DNA of 63,592 nt, the filler included, from Chiloscyllium plagiosum (taxonomy: Eukaryota), in assembly GCF_004010195.1 (NCBI RefSeq). It is 5 parts of one record of this genome, joined end to end, with 100 filler letters (N's around TTAATTAATTAA, not from the genome) between each part and the next. Parts side by side here need not be neighbours in the genome. Positions count along the whole stretch, not along the records: positions 7,272 to 13,136 come from NC_057716.1; positions 13,237 to 28,703 come from NC_057716.1; 3 more parts are not named here. The stretch is one strand, 5' to 3'. Within the stretch, counting starts at the first letter, position 1. Every line of letters starts with the position of its first letter. Shown one piece after another: positions 13,010 through 26,500 of this stretch. The notes under the pieces are model-generated. The model searched no databases. It had not been told where the DNA came from and saw nothing but the letters and a program-made list of their open reading frames with translations. The position numbers and the translations under genes were made by a program.

Positions 13010-13136
13010 TAGAGAGGCAACAGAGAGAGTGAGTGGGTGGGGTGGGGGCAAGTGAGAGAAAGAGAGAGCATGAGCAGATGGGTAGTGAGAGAGAGAGGGG
13101 GGGATATGAGAGAGAGATAGAGAGAGAGATAGATAG
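13010..13136. repeat. GA/GATA-rich microsatellite
   Basis: (GA)n and (GATA)n runs next to an assembly gap. Confidence 0.8.
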
Positions 13137-13236
13137 NNNNNNNNNNNNNNNNNNNNNNNNNNNNNNNNNNNNNNNNNNNNTTAATTAATTAANNNNNNNN
13201 NNNNNNNNNNNNNNNNNNNNNNNNNNNNNNNNNNNN

Positions 13237-13345
13237 CCCGTATTCCCAATTCCTCCGCCTCTGCCATATCTGCTCCCAGGAGGACCAGTTCCACCACAGA
13301 ACACACCAGATGGCCTCCTTCTTTAGAGACCGCAATTTCCCTTCC
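13237..13345 (+). mobile_element. PLE (Neptune-like) RT C-terminal fragment
   Basis: Translates to PYSQFLRLCHICSQEDQFHHRTHQMASFFRDRNFP. Confidence 0.7.
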
Positions 13346-13599
13346 AAATAAATGAACTGGAAGATACTGGACACTTAATATTGCTAAAGTGGAGTAGTGT
13401 GTGTTTATGCCCTCTTACAATGGGCAGACATTGCCACTCAATGGCTGACTAGTCAATGAAGATTCCCCTGATGATTGTTCAAATCATTCAATGGAATTCA
13501 AGAAGGAACAACAACATCAACATCACCTAGTCAAAAAGAAGGGTCCGAACCTTAGATATTTTTGCCTGAGTGCATGTTGCTTGGGGATTTTTGGAGAGT

Positions 13600-14240
13600 T
13601 TCTCACCAAAAGATCCAGAAAGACCTAGCCATTCTCCCCTACTTAAAGACATCACGGAAATGACTGCCAGACTACCCAGACCCCTTACCATGATGGTGGC
13701 CCACAAACCTACCAACACATTACAACTGCAGCTAATGAGCTTGAAACACCCCATACAGACAACAAGCAAAAAAACTAATGTCATTTATAAGATACCGTGA
13801 AAGGACTGTAACAAACACTACATTGGACAAACAGGCAGAAAACTAGCCACCAGGATACGTGAACATCAACAAGACACAAAACAACGTGACCCTCTCTTGC
13901 TAGTATCCTTACATACAGATGAGGAAGGATACCACTTCGACTGGGACAACACAGCCACCCTAGGACAAGCCAACCAGAGACACGCATGAGAATTCCTAGA
14001 ACCGGAACTCTATCAACAAACACATTGACTTGGCCCCGATTTACCACCTCCTGAGAAAAAGAACAGGAAATGACATCACCACAGGAAATGACATCACCGA
14101 CCCAGAAACCCAAACATATAAGTAGAAAGCAGGAATCATCAGCAGTGCTTTGTTTGGGGGCTCACTGAAGATGTTACCGAGTGTGGTGACGAAACGTCTG
14201 AAAATGAACCTTCCAGCTCAGTGAGCAAACCTACATCCAG
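13600..14240 (+). mobile_element. Penelope-like element 3' part (GIY-YIG endonuclease pseudogene plus pLTR)
   Basis: NVIYKIP*KDCNKHYIGQTGRKLATRIREHQ; same family as 34400-36350. Confidence 0.85.
14162..14201 (+). ncRNA. Minimal hammerhead ribozyme motif (PLE)
   Basis: UCA-CUGAAGA-U-GUUACC(GAGUGU)GGUGAC-GAAAC-GUC-UGA; stem I and stem II both pair. Confidence 0.7.
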
Positions 14241-14849
14241 ATCTCTCACCATATTTAACAAATGTGCCTCATTAACTACCTAAACTACTGTGGTGGCGCC
14301 TATCATTTCTGATTCTAGCCAATTCTTACATGCACCATTCCCAGAACAACTCACCACACGGTGGATATTTGTCAGAAAACTGGCATCCCTTGCACCATGC
14401 CGCCTTTGAAAGACTGCTGTGCATTGTCAATCATTCTTTGCACCTTGCCAGCAACTTAATAGCACAACAATCTCAAAGCCACACTGCTCACAGCACATAG
14501 CTGTCAAATCTGACATAGCCTTGCATCTACAACCCTATTCTCACACTCTAGTTTCTGTGTAACCACTACTCCACTCAATTTTATTTACTTTAGTTCCATC
14601 CCTTGTAAGCATCCACGCTAGGTCAGTGTCTAGTGTATATGGATACCATCATATTGTGATAGTCCAGTATGGAAATATCACATACAGGCAAGCATTCAGA
14701 CAAGTCCAAACATGAGATTTTACTGGTAGCCAGCAAAAGGGAAAGGAATGAAATGAATAGAAGCTAGAGTTCACCCTCACAATGCAAACTAAATGCTGGT
14801 ATATTGACCTTGACACCCATGATGATTTTCTGCATTTACTGGAACCAGA

Positions 14850-15150
14850 TATTAATCAGGTGCTGTCTGCTTTATGCACTGAATTCTGTCCTGTATAAGG
14901 AGAGCTTCCTCCAGCTCAATGTCCTCATTCTTCTTCTGTGATGACCGCTCCCATTCCCCTAGCTCCTTGACATCTATCGTCACCTTGTTGCCTGCTCCAA
15001 TTGTGCAGAGCATTGCGTTGTCAGAATTATGTGGCAAACTATGTCCAGACTGTACTCGAGGGCCCCTCCTGATTGCTCCAAGCTGCAGAACTGTACCTTC
15101 AGCAGCTCCATCATCTGCTCCATCATAGCCTGGTGACAGCATGTGCACCA
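14850..15150 (-). mobile_element. PIF/Harbinger transposase C-terminal remnant
   Basis: MMEQMMELLKVQFCSLEQSGGALEYSLDIVCHII resembles the Harbinger motif IEQTIGLLKMRFRCLDRSGGALQYSP. Confidence 0.65.
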
Positions 15151-15805
15151 AAAGGGAGTGTCAGCTGCACTCCCATACCCTGCCATCCTAGATCCACATC
15201 AACCATTCTACTTTTCATTTCAATCATTGTGATTAATTGTCATATTTACCTGACATATGATGGAGCAATGACCCTTTGTCCAACAGCATCCTTGGAAAAT
15301 GCAGAAGTGATGGGGTGCTTTTGGCCAACTTTGAAGTTATTGCTACTAACCTCTGCATCACTGACATGGCATTGTGCATTTATCTAGCGTAAATGATATG
15401 ATGCAATCATCAGAGACAAAATTAATGGTCACTTGGAACAAATATGGGTTAATAAATTACAGTCACCTTGGATTTGTTGAAGTCAAATGATGTTTGACTA
15501 ATTACAACTTCAAAATCTTAATTTCTTGACTTTCTTGATTTTAAATACATTTCCAACTGTTAAACAGTTTTAAATGGATTTCTATTCAGCTGAATATCAA
15601 TTTGTTGTTATAACTGTAAACTGAGATCATGTCCTTTTGGCTTTGTTTTATCTTTTCCTTCTATTTCTAATCTACAAATAAAGCCATATAAAAGGCTATT
15701 AATGTCATAACTAAGACATTAACGTTAATTTGCTCCAGCAATTGCCTTACTTATTTGACTGTATAAATCTAGTTTCTAAACACGCCACTAGATGGTACAC
15801 AAGTT

Positions 15806-16506
15806 AAAAAAAAACAGATTACTTCCTATTCTGCCTTCGCAAACTGGAGTTTTCACATCTGAGCTGCTTCTCCAAATTAAGAACAGATTTGTATTTACAT
15901 ATCACACTTAATCCTTTAAAACATCCTAAGATGCTTGACAGGTGACTTAACAAACAACATGTTGAAATAACTCCACAGAGGCTAATATCCAGTCACCAAG
16001 TCACCCTTTATTTCCACATGGAGGAGAGCCCTCCAAGTCTGCCTTTGATACAGGTTAAAAATCACACTACACCAGGTTATCGTCCAACAGGTTTATTTGG
16101 AAGCACTAGCTTTCAGAGTGCCGCCCCTTCATCAGGTGGTTGTGGAGGTTAAGATTATGTTCACCTCCACAACCACCTGGTGAAGGAGTAGCGCTCCGAA
16201 AGTTAGTGCTTCCAAATAAACCTGTTGGACGATAACCTGGTGTAGTGTGATTTTTAACCTGTATCAAAGGCAGACTTGGAGGGCTCTCCTCCATGTGGAA
16301 ATAAAGGGTGACTTGGTGACTGGATATTAGCCTCTGTGGAGTTATTTCAACATGTTGTTTGTTAAGTCACCTGTCAAGCATCTTAGGATGTTTTAAAGGA
16401 TTAAGTGTGATATGTAAATACAAATCTGTTCTTAATTTGGAGAAGCAGCTCAGATGTGAAAACTCCAGTTTGTGAAGGCAGAATAGGAAGTAATCTGTTT
16501 TTTTTT
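15806..16506. repeat. About 700-bp inverted repeat (arms about 345 bp) centred on a PLE hairpin
   Basis: 15806-16150 is the reverse complement of about 16160-16506. The outer arms differ by about one base; the inner PLE part is more diverged. Confidence 0.9.
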
Positions 16507-18960
16507 CCGAAAGTTAGTGCTTCCAAATAAACCTGTTGGACTATAACCTGGTATTGTGAGATTATTAACTTTGTCCACCCCAGTCCAACACTGGCACGTC
16601 CAAGTCATGGCAACCTTTGATACAAGTGGCGCCTAATGTACAATAGCTCACCTCTTGTGCCTGGAGCATTTCAGAAGAAATTAATTCTCTTTTACAGGTG
16701 GCAAGATGTCAAGGCATAACATCCACCATGCTCATCTCAGATTCCAAGGTATCTTCAAAGCTTGATGGAGAGGGAGAACCCTTGGGTTCTGGAACAGTCG
16801 GAAAGGCAGTGAAGGAGCTTGGCATGTTTTATTCCTGCGTGATTTACGGGTTTACAGCTTTCACATGGTACAAGTGCTTGTTCAGGACCGTTACACTTAC
16901 TTGAATTTTATACACCACTGGCTCTGACCACACATCGAGCATGCCTCCTACCCATCCAGGGCTACTCCTGTGGTTTCTACACCAAACTTCAACTCTGAAG
17001 TGAACTGTCTCTTTTGCTTAGTGGAGGCACTTGTCTGGCATTGGCGTTCCAGCTGCAGTTTCATCTCCCACCTAAGTCCAGGAAGATCAGGTTTAACCTG
17101 ATGTGGAGTCTTCACTCCATCAGCAACTCTGCTGGAGTTATCCCTTTGATTGCACGAGGGGTGATCCTATCGTCAAATAGGAACTGGGACAGTTTGGTAT
17201 CGAATGAAGCTGTCGGTCCTTTATCTGTGACAATCACTTCCAGGAGTCTGTATTTCAAAAGATGTGAGCAGCTTTTCTATCATTGTCTCTGTGTTTGATA
17301 AATGAACTTCTGCACAAGTCCAGCCACTTCAGGTGGCTGTCTGCAGTAACAGAACATTGAGTCCATGAAAGGACCTGCATGGTTGACGTTTAACCAAGTC
17401 CAGGGTTTATCCATCCATTTCCACAAATGTGGGAGAGCTGCAGGCAGTAATTTCTGTCCTTGTTGGCACTGTAGGCACTGCTTTTCCAATGCCATCCTCT
17501 ACTGCAATCTGGTCTCTCCAAGTCCAAGAAAGTTTCAATTCTGGTTGTGACAGCCATTTGATTTACCCCATCACTGCCAGAATTGTATCAATTTTGCCAG
17601 AATTGGATCTTTCTACATTCAACATCTGATATTGTCATCTGTGACTGGAAGTGCTTCTCGTAAGGCACTATCAGTAGTGTATCTGCGGGAGGCAGCTCAA
17701 TGCATCTGCATTCACTACTTGGCCTCCGTGACAATGTTCTAACTTGTAATTATATGCACTTTTGAGCCCACCACTGAGTTGAAGCTATGCACATCTCTGC
17801 TTTGACTTATTTAGGTAGACTGACCAAAGTTACAAATTTAGTTCTGATGTAAATTTACAAATTTACTTCCTGATTCCAAATATGACCACCAAGCTTCCTT
17901 CTCTATCTGGGTGTATTTATGCTTTGCATTAGCCAAAGTCCTGAATGCATATGCTTTTGGGCTTTCGTCTCCATTGGACTACCTATGCGCAAATACTACC
18001 TTGATGCCTTATAGGGAGGTGTCACATGTCAATACCAGATCTCACTTGGGATCATAGAATGCCAACACCTGAGAGGATGATAGTTGCTTCCTCACTTCCC
18101 TCAAAGCTATACCTTGGCTACACGACCGTTTCCAAGGCTGATCGAAAAATGTTGAGCCAAGCTATGTGAATATTTCTCAAACTATTTCACCTCATCAAGT
18201 TTGGGCCCCAGCCTTTTACTGTAATCAGTGGTAACTGAACAAGTTGGTTCTCATAAGAGATTGGAACCAAAGTTGTACCCTTAATCTGAAGGTTCCCGGT
18301 ATAGACTTTCAGTTCAGTGAGGTCTTGTGCAAATCTGAGGTTTGGAGTCCAAAGCGAATTTTATTAAAGACTGGTTCTGCTATCACTGAAACATCCGCAC
18401 TGGTTTCGACCTCCATTAGAAATGGTGACCATTTAACCAGACATTTATTTTGATTAGTTCTGATTAAACTGTTTCAAACTAAATATAGATGGACTTTCCA
18501 AGGTGTGCACCCTCCTGGATACTGGCCTATGAGTTTGTTTACTCACTTTAGGTCCTAGTGGGATTCTTTTGCTCTTTTGCATACCGGTAGCAACTACAAT
18601 GGCTTGCTGGCCCAGATCCTGAAGAAAAGTTTCACCATTTGGCTGAGGCTTGGCTTTGTTTTGGGGTTTTGCTGTGAGCTGACCTAGAGTCCCTCTGTTC
18701 AGTACATTTTCTGAGTGAGGCCAGGCAATTGCCTTCACTCAAGTGGTGTTCTCCAAGCTCAGGCAGACTGGAGGGTGTCCACTTCCATCATTTATTTCCC
18801 CTTACAAATGTCTACAGATATCTGGACTCCATGAATTCTCAGGAGGTGTGATCAAAGATGGATAAGGAAACCCCTTGCTAGTTACCGCCTATAATTCTCT
18901 TCCTCAGCTGATAAGATTTCACCTTTCCTTTCATTGATCACAATAGATATCAACCGATGA
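15963..18960 (-). mobile_element. Degenerate Gypsy LTR retrotransposon (same family as 45336-51005)
   Basis: LTR end TGAAATAACTCCACAG...GTCACCAAGTCACCCTTTATT matches 45336. Integrase CLQCQQGQK...WKWMDKPWTWLNVNHAGPFMD; protease/gag region is similar to 48400-49000. Confidence 0.8.
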
Positions 18961-20317
18961 CTGAATGATCGATCTAACCACCGATGTATTTCAGAAAAAG
19001 CCTTGTACATTGTAACATGACATATGACAAGTCAGGCATTTCCCTTAGTCAGAGAGTCATAGGGAAGTACAGCACGGAAAAAGACCTTTCGGTCCAACCC
19101 GTCCATGCCAACCAGATATCCCAATCATATCTAGTCCCACCTGCCAGCACCCGCCCCATATTGCTCCAAACCTTTCCTACTCATATACCCAAGCACATGC
19201 CTTTTAAATGTTACAATTGTATGTGCCTCCACCACTTCTCTGGCAGCTCATTCTATACACATACCACCCTCTGCATAAAACAGTTGCTCCTTAGGTCATT
19301 TTTATATCATTCCCCTCTCACCCTAAACCTATGCCCTCTAGTTCTGGACTCCCCAACCCCAGGTAAGAGACTTTGTCTATTTATTGTATCCATGCCCCTC
19401 ATGATTTTATAAACCTCTGTAAGGTCACCCCTCAGCCTCCGATGCTCCAGGGAAAACAGCCCCAGCCTATTCACCCTCTCCCTATAGCTCAAACCCTCCA
19501 ACCTTGGCAACATCCTTGTAAATCTTTTCTGAACCCTTTCACATTTCACAATGTCCTTCCAATAGGAAGGAGACCAGACCAAAAGTGGCCTAACCAATGT
19601 ACTGTGCAGCCACAACATGACCTCCCAGCTCCTGTACTCAATACTCTGACCAATAAAAGAAAGCATTCCAAACACCTTCTTCACTATCCTATCTACCTGC
19701 GACTCCACTTTCCAGGAGCTATGAACCTGCACTCCAGGTCTCTTTGTTCAGCAACACTCCCTAGGACCTTACCATTAAGTGTATAATTCCTGCTGAGATG
19801 TACTTTCTCAAAATGCACCACCTTGCACTTATCTAAATTAAACTCCATCTGCCACTTCTCAGCCCATTGGCCCATCTGATCAAGATCCCATGGTAATCTG
19901 AAATAAACTTCTTCGCTGTCTACTACACTTCCAATTTTGGTGTCTGCAAACTTACTAACAATACCTCTTCTGCTCACATCCAAATCATTCATATAAATGA
20001 CGAAAAGTAGTGGACCCAGCACCAATACTTGTGCTGCTTCACTGGTCACAGGCCTCCAGTCTGAAAAACAACCCTCCACCACCACCCTCTGTCTTCTACC
20101 TTTAAGCCAGTTCTGTATCCAACTGGCTAGTTCTCACTGTGTTCCATGAGACCTAGCCTTGCTAACCATTCTCCCCGGGGAAACCTTATCGAACACCTTA
20201 CTGAAGTCCATATGGATCACGTCCACTGCTCTGCCTGCATCCTCTTTGCTACTTCTTCAAAAAACTCAATCGCATTTGTGAGACATGATTTACCATGCCC
20301 AAAGCCATGTTGGTTAT

Positions 20318-20770
20318 TGTGGTGTAAAATTCCAAGCAGTGGAATGTGGTGAAACGGTTAAAAATTATGTCCCAATACATGTGTGAATCTAACCGGAATG
20401 GAGGTGTTGCTTAGTCCCGTGTGAATCTTCTTATCTGTATGTAACCAGAATGGAATGTGTTTTTTAGCCTTGCTCTGCTGTTCACATGAATGTTTATATC
20501 TGGAAAAGAGTATATCAGCTGGAAAAGTCTCCAGTTCGGTGAGTCTGCTCCGGGGTTACGTTTAACCGCCGAGCGTGGGTTGTTGGCAACCGCTCTACGA
20601 GAACTGACGGCTCCCAGTTTTGGTAACATGTAGAGTGAGTATAAGCCAGACCCGTTCTGGCGACGCTGCGGGGAATAAAATGCCCATATTCTAGCAGACT
20701 CGCCTCTTGGTCGTTTGTTCTGTGTCAGACTACTCTCCTACGAACCTGACCTTGAGAATTTTTTAAAACA
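20318..20770 (+). mobile_element. Solo LTR (453 bp) with 5-bp TSD GTTAT
   Basis: TGTGGTGTAAAATT...AATTTTTTAAAACA termini, GTTAT at 20313-20317 and 20771-20775, AATAAA at about 20674, CpG-rich. It cleanly interrupts the CR1 RT. Confidence 0.85.
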
Positions 20771-21837
20771 GTTATCCCCAGTCAATCCTTGCCTTCCCAA
20801 TTGCATGTACATTCCGTTCCTCAGGATTCCCTCCAACAACTTGCTCACCACCGACGTCGGTCTCACTGGTCTATAGTTCCCTGGCTTGTCCTTACCACCC
20901 TTCTTAAACAGTGGCACCACGTTAGCCATACTCCAGTGTTCTGGCACCTCACCTGTGACTATTGATTATACAAATATCTCATCAAGAGACCCAGCAATCA
21001 CTTCCCTCGCTTCCTAGAGTTCTGGGATACACCTGATCAGGTCCTGGGGATTTATCCACTTTTATGTGTTTCAAGACATCCAGCACTTCCTCCTCTGTAA
21101 TATGGACATTTTTCAAGATGTCACCATCTATTTCCCTACATTCCATATCATCCATGTCCTTTCCCACAATAAATACTGATGCAAAATATTTGTTTAGTAT
21201 CTGACCCATCCTGTGGTTCCACACAAAGGCTGCCTTGCTGATCTTTCAGGGGTTGAGAGTGTGTTGCTCGAAAAGCACAGCAGGTCAGGTAGCATACGAG
21301 GAGCAGGAAAATCGACGTTTGGGGCCGGAGTTCTTCCCCAGGAATGTGGCTGGGAGTCTCGGGGGCCCTATTCTCTCCCAAGTTACCCGTTTGTCTTTAA
21401 TGTATTTGCAAAAACCCTTTGGATGCTCCTTAACACTATTTGTCAAAGCTATCTCATGATCTCTTTTGGTCTTCTGATTTCCCTCTTAAGTATATTTCTA
21501 CTGCCTTTATACTCTTCTAAGGATTCATTCAATCTATCTTGTCTATACCTGACATAAGCTTCCTTCTTTTTGTTAACTAAAACCTCAACTTCTTTCGTCA
21601 TCCAGCATTCCCTACACCCACAGCCTTTCCTTTCACCCAAACATACTGTCTCTGGACTCTTGTTATCTAATTTCTGAAGGCCTCCCATTTTCCAGCCATC
21701 CCTTTACCTGCATATACCTGCCCTCAATCAGCTTTTGAAAGTTCTTGCCTAATACTGTCAAAATTAGCCTTCCTCCAATTTAGAATTTCAAACCTTAGAT
21801 CTGGTCTATCCTTTTCCATCACTATTTCCATCATTGG

Positions 21838-22100
21838 GGTGGCACGGTGGCTCAGTGGTTAGCACTGCTGTCTCACAGCATCAGGGTCCCAGGTTTGATT
21901 CCAGCCTTGGGCAACTGTCTGTGTGGAGTTTGCACATTCTCCCCGTGTCTGCGTGGCTTCCTCCGGGTGCTCTGGTTTCCTCCCACAGTCCAAAGATGTG
22001 CAAGTCAGGTGCTAGGGGCATTAGTCAGAGGGGGGTGGGTTACTCTTTGGAGGGTTGATGTGGGCTGAATGGCCTGTTTCCACACTGTAGGTAATCTAAC
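21838..22100 (+). mobile_element. HE1-type SINE nested in CR1
   Basis: GGGTGGCACGGTGGCTCAGTGGTTAGCAC head and HE1 core. Confidence 0.85.
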
Positions 22101-23559
22101 CTAGAAGAATTATGGTCACTGGCCCCAACGCGTTCCTCCACTAACACCTCATTCACTTGTCCTGCCTTATTTCCCAAGAGTAGGTCAAGTTTTGCACCTT
22201 CTGTACTTGGTACATCCTCGTACTGAATCAGAAAGTTTTCTTGAACACACTTAAGAAATTCCTCTCCACCTAAACCCTTAACACTATGGCAATCCCAGTC
22301 TATGTTTGGAAAGTTAAAATCCCCTACCCTAATCACCCTATTATTCTTACAGGTAACTGAGATCTCAATTTCCCTCTGACTAGTCGGGGGTCTATAATAC
22401 AATCCCAAAAAGGTGATCATCCCTTTCTATTTCTCAGTTCCACCCAAATAACTTCCCTGGATGTACTTCCGGAATATCCTCCCTCAGTACAGCTGTAATG
22501 CTATCACTTATCAAAAACGCCACTCCCCCCCCCTCTCTTGCCTCCCTTTCTGTCCTTCCTGTAGCATTTGTATCCTGGATCATTAAGCTGCAGTCCTGCC
22601 CATCCCTGAGCCATGTTTCTGTAATTGCTATGACATCCCAGTCCCATGTTCCTAACCATGTCCTGAGTTCATCTGCCTTTCCTGTTCGGCCTGTTGCATT
22701 GAAATAAATGCAGTTTAATTTATCAGTTCTACCTTGTTCTCTGCTTTGCCTGCCCTGACTGTTTGTCTCGCTTCTTTTATCAACTGTACAAGTCTCAGAT
22801 TGATCTCTTTCCTCACTATCTCCCTGGGTCCCACCCCACGTCACCATCTTAATAATTTAAATCCTCCTGAGCAGCTCTAGCAAATCTCACTGCCAGTATA
22901 CTAGTTCTCTTCCAATTCAGGTGCAGTCCATCCTTCTTGTACAGGTCATTTCTACCCCAGAAGAGATTCCAATGATCCAAAAATGTAAGTCCTTCTCCAA
23001 TACACCAGGTCCTCAGCCATCTGCTCTATCCTCCTATTCCTACCCTCACTAGCAAGAAACTGTTCTGCAAGAAGACTTTAAAATATTTGCAAGTCATCTT
23101 AGCAGCCATAAACAGTAATAGTTTGAAAGTGGGAGAGGGACTTGCTCAAGTAGGGTCTGGTAAAGATGCTTAAGGCCAAATAAAACTAGGAAATTAGATT
23201 AGATTAGATTAGATTACTTACAGTGAGGAAACAGGCCCTTAGGCAGCAGTGCTAACCACTGTGCCACCCTGCTGCCCACAAGAAATAAGTAATAGATCTA
23301 TGTTAATTAAGGGATAATTGGGTGAGAACTTGTCTGGGGGCATATATAAGTGGAACAAATAATCAGCGGGGTTTGGAATTGATGATATGTGGTTTGGAAT
23401 AAAATTGATTGGAAAAACATATTCCTGAACTCTACACAACATTTAAACTCCGGTGTCTATCAGCGATAGAGAACATAATTTAGCTGTTTGTAAGGCAAAT
23501 ATTAAAATTAAGAATTTTTGTAATCAAAGAATGATTTTGAGAAAACTCCAGAGCGATGG

Positions 23560-26500
23560 CCCAGTCAAAAGTTAAAAAATGGATTATGATAATCCATCCC
23601 TGTTTCCTGAATGTGAACCTTATGACCAAAAGAAAAATTAGTAATCATGTGGAATTATGTGACTTCTTTGCCAAAAAGTAAACAAGTTATGACCTTGACG
23701 TTTTTGCTGTCATACTGAAATAGGATAAGAAGCAATTTTCATAATTGAAAACTGATGATTTGAAGTGGATGAAGGTTTGGACAAATTATTAACTTTTGTG
23801 GATAAAATACATGAAAAAGATCATTTACTCACCGCTTATGAGATGTAGTCAGATTTGGACAAATTCTGAAGGAGTGAAAATGGTCCCATTGAAAAGGATA
23901 CGATGGAATTCAGTAGACTGTATGGAAGAATGCAGAATTCCATATTGAAATCCCCCAATCTGTGCTGACATTTAGGTTATTAGACTGTGCCAAAATATCA
24001 CATTTAGACAAACTTTGACAAGAGTTAAATCTACAAATAAACACATTGTTAGAACAAGCATTGTTTGGAAAGTATTTCTTTCTAGTAGAATTTGTGATGT
24101 AAATGGTGTAAATGGACATATGATGGAAAATGGAAAACATAATATTAATGGGCTGGCTAGACTGTCTTGATTTAGATCACAGGCAACAGTATGAAAGAGG
24201 CATTTTAACTTAGAAAAAAGAAGGGTGAAATGCTTTTGATAATTTTGAGAAGCGAAAAGAATTTGGGACTTAAAAAAAAACCAAAATACCCTGGGTATAG
24301 TCAATTGATGTTTTAGATATGATTCAGTGTACTATTATACCAGAACTGTCCCAAACTGTTCAACAGAATATTTTCAAGCTATATTTAAAATGGAAGACTA
24401 AGAGGAAGAAGATGAAGATAATGATCAAACAGAGGGCTATATATTAGTCACAGAAGATTTCAGCCAAATAATGGATGCATTGGTGGCAGAATCCTTCAAT
24501 TTTGCAGTATTGAATGATGCATGGACACCTACACTGCATGGAATAAGCTGGTTGAAATTCTACATGGACTCTCTGAGTAGTAAGGATCAGAACAAAGTTA
24601 AGGAATTTGACAGTTCAGATTTGGGGATAATAACACAATGCGATTTTTAATATGCATATTGACCTTGTGAAGAAAGCCAGAATCAATAAATTTATCAGAA
24701 GATGTAGTATCCAGTTAAATACCATGGTTACTAAGTGAGCCATCAATGAAAATGTGCAGATTAGACTAAATATGGAAAAGAATTAAGCTTCGTATTTGGA
24801 AAATCTGTAAATTTGCAATTTACACAACTGGGACACAATTGTTTTCCCCCAGGGTGAAATAATCTCTTCATTAAACAAATTAAAGGAGTCTTGTGAAAAT
24901 GGGGTGGGGTGGTGGGGGTAGATGGGTGGAGATATTAGAACCCAAAAACTTAATTGTGTTAAAACTACATAGAGACTTTTGCCCATCCATCCTCCAAAAC
25001 TTATTCTGAAGGATGTAAGAATATGCAATGAAAAATATGAACATCTGTTAGAAGAGAAATGATAAATGTCAGATTTGTGAGAAATACAGAAGGACACCAT
25101 CACAGCCTTCTTGAGTGAGGGATTTCAGTGAGGTAATGGCTATGGATTTAGAGGTGTGGATAAGGAGAAAAAAGAAATCATTTGACATTTTGTAGATTCA
25201 GCAGCCAGATTTTCTCTGATGATAATACATAGCAAAGATAAAAAAAAAGCTATTATGGATAAGTTAATGGAAAGGTGTATGAGGACCAGACTTGAACCAC
25301 AGTCAAATCTTCTCATTGATAATTGTGGTGGTGGAATACACTGATCACAAAATTAGAGACTGGTAAAGGCAGAAAGATAATAATTGTACAGCAAGGGAAC
25401 CAGACTCTTTGGGTACACTCTTCAAGGTTGCTTCATATGGATTTCAAAGTTGCAGTTTCAAGGATTTATTGTAAATAATGAGGAACCAGGATCTTCACAT
25501 AACCATGTGTAACACAGCTGTGAGGATTATTCTGTCAGAATTGACAGTTTGTCTGATGGACAGATTAGTTCTGATGAGAAAAATGAGGCCATTTGTCCCA
25601 AAAAACAACTACCAAATTAAAGCAAAACACTGACATTGCTGGAAACCTGAATTAAAAACTGAAAGTGCTGGAGAAACTCAACAGGTCTGGCAGTATCTGT
25701 AGAGAGAGAAACAGAGTTAATATTTCAATTCCAGTCTGACTCTTCTTTGCAAATTGGACTTCAGAACTACCAAAATCGGACACTAAACTCAAAATATTAA
25801 CCAAAAGAAGCCCTCGTATTTGAGAAGTGTATCTATTCTAAATAGAGCAAGGAAAGCCACTGGAAAACATAACAACTGGCTGAGAGTTCAGGATGAGGTG
25901 AAAGAAATAAGGCCCATGGATAGAAACACAAAGTAAAAAACATAAAAGGTAAGAGAAACAGTATAAGCTTGGACAGAGTTTCAAGGAGCAAACATACAAA
26001 GGAAGAGATTCTAAAAGGGGATTTAGCAGAAATACCCCTTGAGTGTTAAATCAATAAGGAATGAGACTTGTGAGTCGGGGCCTGAGAGATAGAGAGGAGG
26101 AGAACTCCTTCAAGGTAGGCATTCTAGGAAGAGGCTTCGCAAGAGGCTTGTGAGCCAGGGGCTGCAGTCCTCACTTTCTCCTATTTAATTTTAACCCTAC
26201 TGAGAAGCCCCACAAGCCTCAGCCCTGATGAAGGCTTATGCCCAAAATGTCGATTCTCTTGCTCCTCAGAGGCTGCTGACCTGTTGTGCTTTTCTAGCAC
26301 CACACTCTTGACTCTGATCTCCAGCATCTGCGATCCTTTCTTCCTGTTTTATCAATAAGTCACTGCAGGATAACACAGGTGAGGAGATGCCATGGATGAG
26401 GTGTTGAAAGACTGGAGAGTAGCTTATAGTCTGCCATTACTTCAGAAATGCTGCAAGGAAAAGCTAGGGAACTACAGACCAGTGAGCATAATAGGTAAAA

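Larger units (their letters stand above)
19046..23060 (-). mobile_element. Degenerate CR1 LINE (ORF1 end, EN, RT) with nested insertions
   Basis: EN motifs CIYFNA, AITETWL and GDFNFPNIDW; RT motifs NYRPV, VLGPLLFVIYMNDL and SKFAD; C-terminus RRLRGDL. Confidence 0.9.
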
